NCBI GenBank assembly: GCA_949538625.1
Contig: CATISD010000115.1
Span: 7,571 to 71,570, forward strand
DNA length: 64,000 bases
Direction of reading: 5' to 3'
DNA from: Acidimicrobiales bacterium AG-410-I20
Lineage (GTDB): Bacteria; Actinomycetota; Acidimicrobiia; Acidimicrobiales; MedAcidi-G1
The translations under genes were made by a program, and so were the position numbers. Below are positions 61,060-64,000 of this stretch, piece after piece (positions within the stretch are counted from its first letter, which is position 1; each line of letters begins with the position of its first letter). The notes beneath the pieces are model-generated. The model searched no databases, had not been told where the DNA came from, and saw nothing but the letters and a program-made list of their open reading frames with translations.

Positions 61060-62163
61060 GTGACTCGATTAAACGACCTGTTTCGAGAAGAAGGTCAGAG
61101 TCCATGGATGGACAATTTAAAGCGAGGGTGGCTCCATTCAGGTGAACTGCAAGATTGGGTATCTAAGGGAATACGGGGCGTGACTTCTAATCCTTCCATT
61201 TTTGAGAAGTCAATGACTGAGACCGATGATTACGATGCCCAGTTGAAAGAACTCCTTTCAACGGGCAAAAACATAACGGAGTGTTATTGGGATCTCGTTC
61301 TTTCGGATATCCATGGAGCACTTGAAGTCCTTCGGCCCACCTACGATGAATCAAACGGTGCAGATGGCTATGTTTCCGTTGAGGTAGACCCACGACTGGC
61401 TCGCGACTCTATCGGAACAATTCATGCGGCAAGATCGTTGCATCAAGAAATAAACAAACCCAATGCTCTTATTAAGATACCTGCCACAAGAGAGAGCCTT
61501 CCTGCCGTTGAAACAATGATTTCTGAAGGAAGAAGCGTGAATGTCACTCTTATTTTTTCTCTTTCTAGATACGAAGAAGTAATGGAGGCTTACCTTTCCG
61601 GTCTTGAAAAATGTTCTGGTGATCTTTCTGCTATCACTTCTGTCGCATCTTTCTTTATCAGTCGGACAGACACTGAGGTGGATAAAAGGCTAGATGTGCT
61701 TGATAGCGAACGGTCTCAAGAGCTAAAAGGAAAAGCCGCGGTCGCTCTAGGTCAAAAAGCTTATGGCATATTCAAGGAGACTTTCTCTGGATCACGGTGG
61801 GAAGCCCTATCAGCACGTGGCGCCAATGTCCAACGGCCTCTCTGGGCATCAACGTCGACAAAAAACCCTGAGTACCCCGCCACGCTCTATGTGGACACGC
61901 TTATCGGCCCAAACACTGTGAATACTCTGCCAAATGCGACCATTGAAGAATTTGAAGCCTACGGAACCGTTGCCCGAACTTTAGATGCAGATCCAGAAAA
62001 AGCAGAAGAGGTTCTTAGCGAACTAACAAACCTTGGTGTTGATTTTGAAGATGTTGGTTCGGTACTTGAAGAAGAAGGGATTACTTCCTTCATCAACTCC
62101 TTTGAGAACTTGATTGAGAATCTGTCGTCAAAAGCTGCTTCTCTTAGTAATTTTGCCGAGTAA
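61060..62163 (+). CDS. tal: Transaldolase (type 2)
   Basis: GVTSNPSIF, IKIPAT, NVTLIFS and LWASTSTK. Confidence 0.96.
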   Translation: MTRLNDLFREEGQSPWMDNLKRGWLHSGELQDWVSKGIRGVTSNPSIFEKSMTETDDYDAQLKELLSTGKNITECYWDLVLSDIHGALEVLRPTYDESNGADGYVSVEVDPRLARDSIGTIHAARSLHQEINKPNALIKIPATRESLPAVETMISEGRSVNVTLIFSLSRYEEVMEAYLSGLEKCSGDLSAITSVASFFISRTDTEVDKRLDVLDSERSQELKGKAAVALGQKAYGIFKETFSGSRWEALSARGANVQRPLWASTSTKNPEYPATLYVDTLIGPNTVNTLPNATIEEFEAYGTVARTLDADPEKAEEVLSELTNLGVDFEDVGSVLEEEGITSFINSFENLIENLSSKAASLSNFAE

Positions 62164-62197
62164 GTTTTATTTTGCTACTTACTGATAAAGTGTCTCA

Positions 62198-62656
62198 ATG
62201 GTTGACACAGTACAGGTTGATTCAAGAAAGTTTGACTGTTCAATTGCCGCGACCCTTGATGCGATAGGCGACCGCTGGACTCTGTTGATCCTGCGTGATC
62301 TCTTTAAGGGCGTCCGACGTTTCGAAGATTTACAAAAAGATCTTGGCATTGCGAGAAATCTGCTCAGCAATAGGCTCAACAAGTTAATTTCCCACAGCAT
62401 CGTCATTCGAGTCCCCTACCAAGAAAGACCGACTCGATATGAGTACCGTTTAACTTCAAAGGGTCTGGATCTATCTCCGTCTCTGGTTGCTTTAATGCAT
62501 TGGGGTGACACTTGGTGTATCACCGAAGGGCCTCCTACAGTTCTAGTTCATCAAGAATGCAATACCCCGCTTGAGCATTCCGTGAATTGCCCATCATGTT
62601 CAGAAACTGTTCCAGCAAAAAAAATCCGCAGCCAAGTAGGAACAGTCGGAAGGTAA
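62198..62656 (+). CDS. HxlR-family winged-helix regulator
   Basis: CSIAATLDAIGDRWTLLILRD and EYRLTSKG. Confidence 0.92.
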   Translation: MVDTVQVDSRKFDCSIAATLDAIGDRWTLLILRDLFKGVRRFEDLQKDLGIARNLLSNRLNKLISHSIVIRVPYQERPTRYEYRLTSKGLDLSPSLVALMHWGDTWCITEGPPTVLVHQECNTPLEHSVNCPSCSETVPAKKIRSQVGTVGR

Positions 62657-62660
62657 ACCA

Positions 62661-64000
62661 ATGAAATCTTTTCCTGAAGGCAACGAACTCTTAGCTGAAG
62701 CTAGGAAATTGCGGCACGAAGCTTTCGGTAATCTCATCACCTACAGCCCAAAAGTATTCATCCCTCTTACGATGCTTTGTAGAGATAAATGCGGATATTG
62801 CACATTTGCTCAACCGCCAGCACGATTGGAGTCCCCCTACCTAAGTCCAGATCAAGTTTTAGATATTGCATTTAAAGGTGCTTCTGTTGGATGCCATGAA
62901 GCGCTATTTACGTTAGGTGAAAAACCAGAATTACGTTACCCGTCTGCAGTTGAATGGCTGGAACAAAACGGGTGCACTTCCACTGTTGATTATTTAGAAA
63001 AAATGGCTGGATTAGTTTTAGAGGAGACTGGCCTACTTCCGCATACAAACGCTGGAGCGTTAGAAAGTTCTGAGCTTGAACGACTACGTTCTGTAGCCCC
63101 ATCTCAGGGCATGCTAATCGAGTCCCTCGCTGAGCTTGACTGCCACCGTGGCGCCCCAGACAAAGAGCCGGAGCGGAGATTGCAAACTTTGGAGGCAGCT
63201 GGAGAACTCTCTATACCATTCACGACTGGAATTCTTGTTGGAATCGGAGAAAATCGCTCAGACCGTATTGAAGCTCTTCAAGCAATCGCCGAATCACATC
63301 TCCGCCACGGACACGTACAGGAAGTCATTGTCCAAAATTTCCTTCCTAAGCCTGGGACTGCGATGCATCGCTCCCCTGCTTGCCCTATAGACACCTACCT
63401 TGATGCAATAGCGTTAGCTCGGGTGATTCTGCCACTTGATATACACATCCAAGCACCACCTAATCTTTCTGATGATTTTGAACAATTAATCGACGCCGGA
63501 GTTGATGATTGGGGTGGAGTTTCACCGATAACAGCAGACTTCGTGAACCCTGAAAGACCTTGGCCTTCTCTTGAAAAATTGCGTTGTTTTACTGAAGAAA
63601 GAGGGTTTGAACTCGCTCCCCGTCTCACCGCTCACCCTGAATTTGTTGTTAATCCTGAGCGCTGGTTTGACCAAGATCTTCATTTCTCCATAATGGATCG
63701 ATCCGACAGCCACGGTCTGGCCAGAAACGATCCCGGACCTTTCTTCGCTCCGAAATCTAAAGATGATCTAAAAGAGGATCTAGCGGTAGAAGCACCAGCT
63801 TCTTCTACTTGGTATTCAGGTGCCCCCTTCTCTCCCCCTCTCCTAGTGCCCGGACCTTCACGTGTCTCAGGTCAACTGCGTGAAGTGCTTGACGGAGTAG
63901 TGGATGGACAAGAAGTAGGGAAAGAGGAAATTGTTTCCTTATTTTCGGCCCGCGGCCGTGAAGTGGCCGCGGTCGCAGAAGTAGCCGACGAACTTAGGCG
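62661..64000 (+). CDS. fbiC: FO synthase (CofG domain; probably FbiC CofG-CofH fusion), runs off the window
   Basis: Not in the ORF track. Manual translation gives ITYSPKVFIPLTMLCRDKCGYCTF (radical SAM), HVQEVIVQNFLPK and DDWGGVSP; the frame stays open past the CofG domain. Confidence 0.9.
   Translation, partial: MKSFPEGNELLAEARKLRHEAFGNLITYSPKVFIPLTMLCRDKCGYCTFAQPPARLESPYLSPDQVLDIAFKGASVGCHEALFTLGEKPELRYPSAVEWLEQNGCTSTVDYLEKMAGLVLEETGLLPHTNAGALESSELERLRSVAPSQGMLIESLAELDCHRGAPDKEPERRLQTLEAAGELSIPFTTGILVGIGENRSDRIEALQAIAESHLRHGHVQEVIVQNFLPKPGTAMHRSPACPIDTYLDAIALARVILPLDIHIQAPPNLSDDFEQLIDAGVDDWGGVSPITADFVNPERPWPSLEKLRCFTEERGFELAPRLTAHPEFVVNPERWFDQDLHFSIMDRSDSHGLARNDPGPFFAPKSKDDLKEDLAVEAPASSTWYSGAPFSPPLLVPGPSRVSGQLREVLDGVVDGQEVGKEEIVSLFSARGREVAAVAEVADELR

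Overview
Gene-dense, moderate-GC chromosomal segment of an actinobacterium. The complete Pup-proteasome locus, FbiC, TrmI and a DUF4193-like gene show the phylum; the low GC for that phylum, Na+-type PPase and betaine/sarcosine catabolism suggest a marine Acidimicrobiia (inference). Left to right: MFS transporter, thioesterase and soxBDAG; upp, PhyH dioxygenase, plsC, menB, M23 peptidase, CBS-less IMPDH/GMPR; hppA; 5-FCL, trkA and two trkH; M18 peptidase; gltBD; hydrolases and transporters; a solitary Xer-like tyrosine recombinase; tandem-domain ThyX; helY, tatC, tatB, lepB, pafC, pafB, pafA, prcA, prcB, pup, dop, arc; ferredoxin; trmI; nitrilase; dacB; tkt-tal; HxlR regulator; start of fbiC. 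No rRNA, tRNA, CRISPR array or transposase was seen. The best candidate for an undescribed system is at about 33.5-35.8 kb: the lone recombinase has a 28-bp dif-architecture site (ATAGATGATAA-CATACG-TTATCTACAAT) 30 bp upstream of its start codon. The site is embedded in nested inverted repeats and faces a divergent unknown gene, which suggests a single-recombinase xer/dif module analogous to XerS/difSL. Other observations are a degenerate TrkH paralogue, pervasive TANNNT-N6-start leaderless promoters and split ThyX motifs. All calls come from reading motifs; no database search was run.
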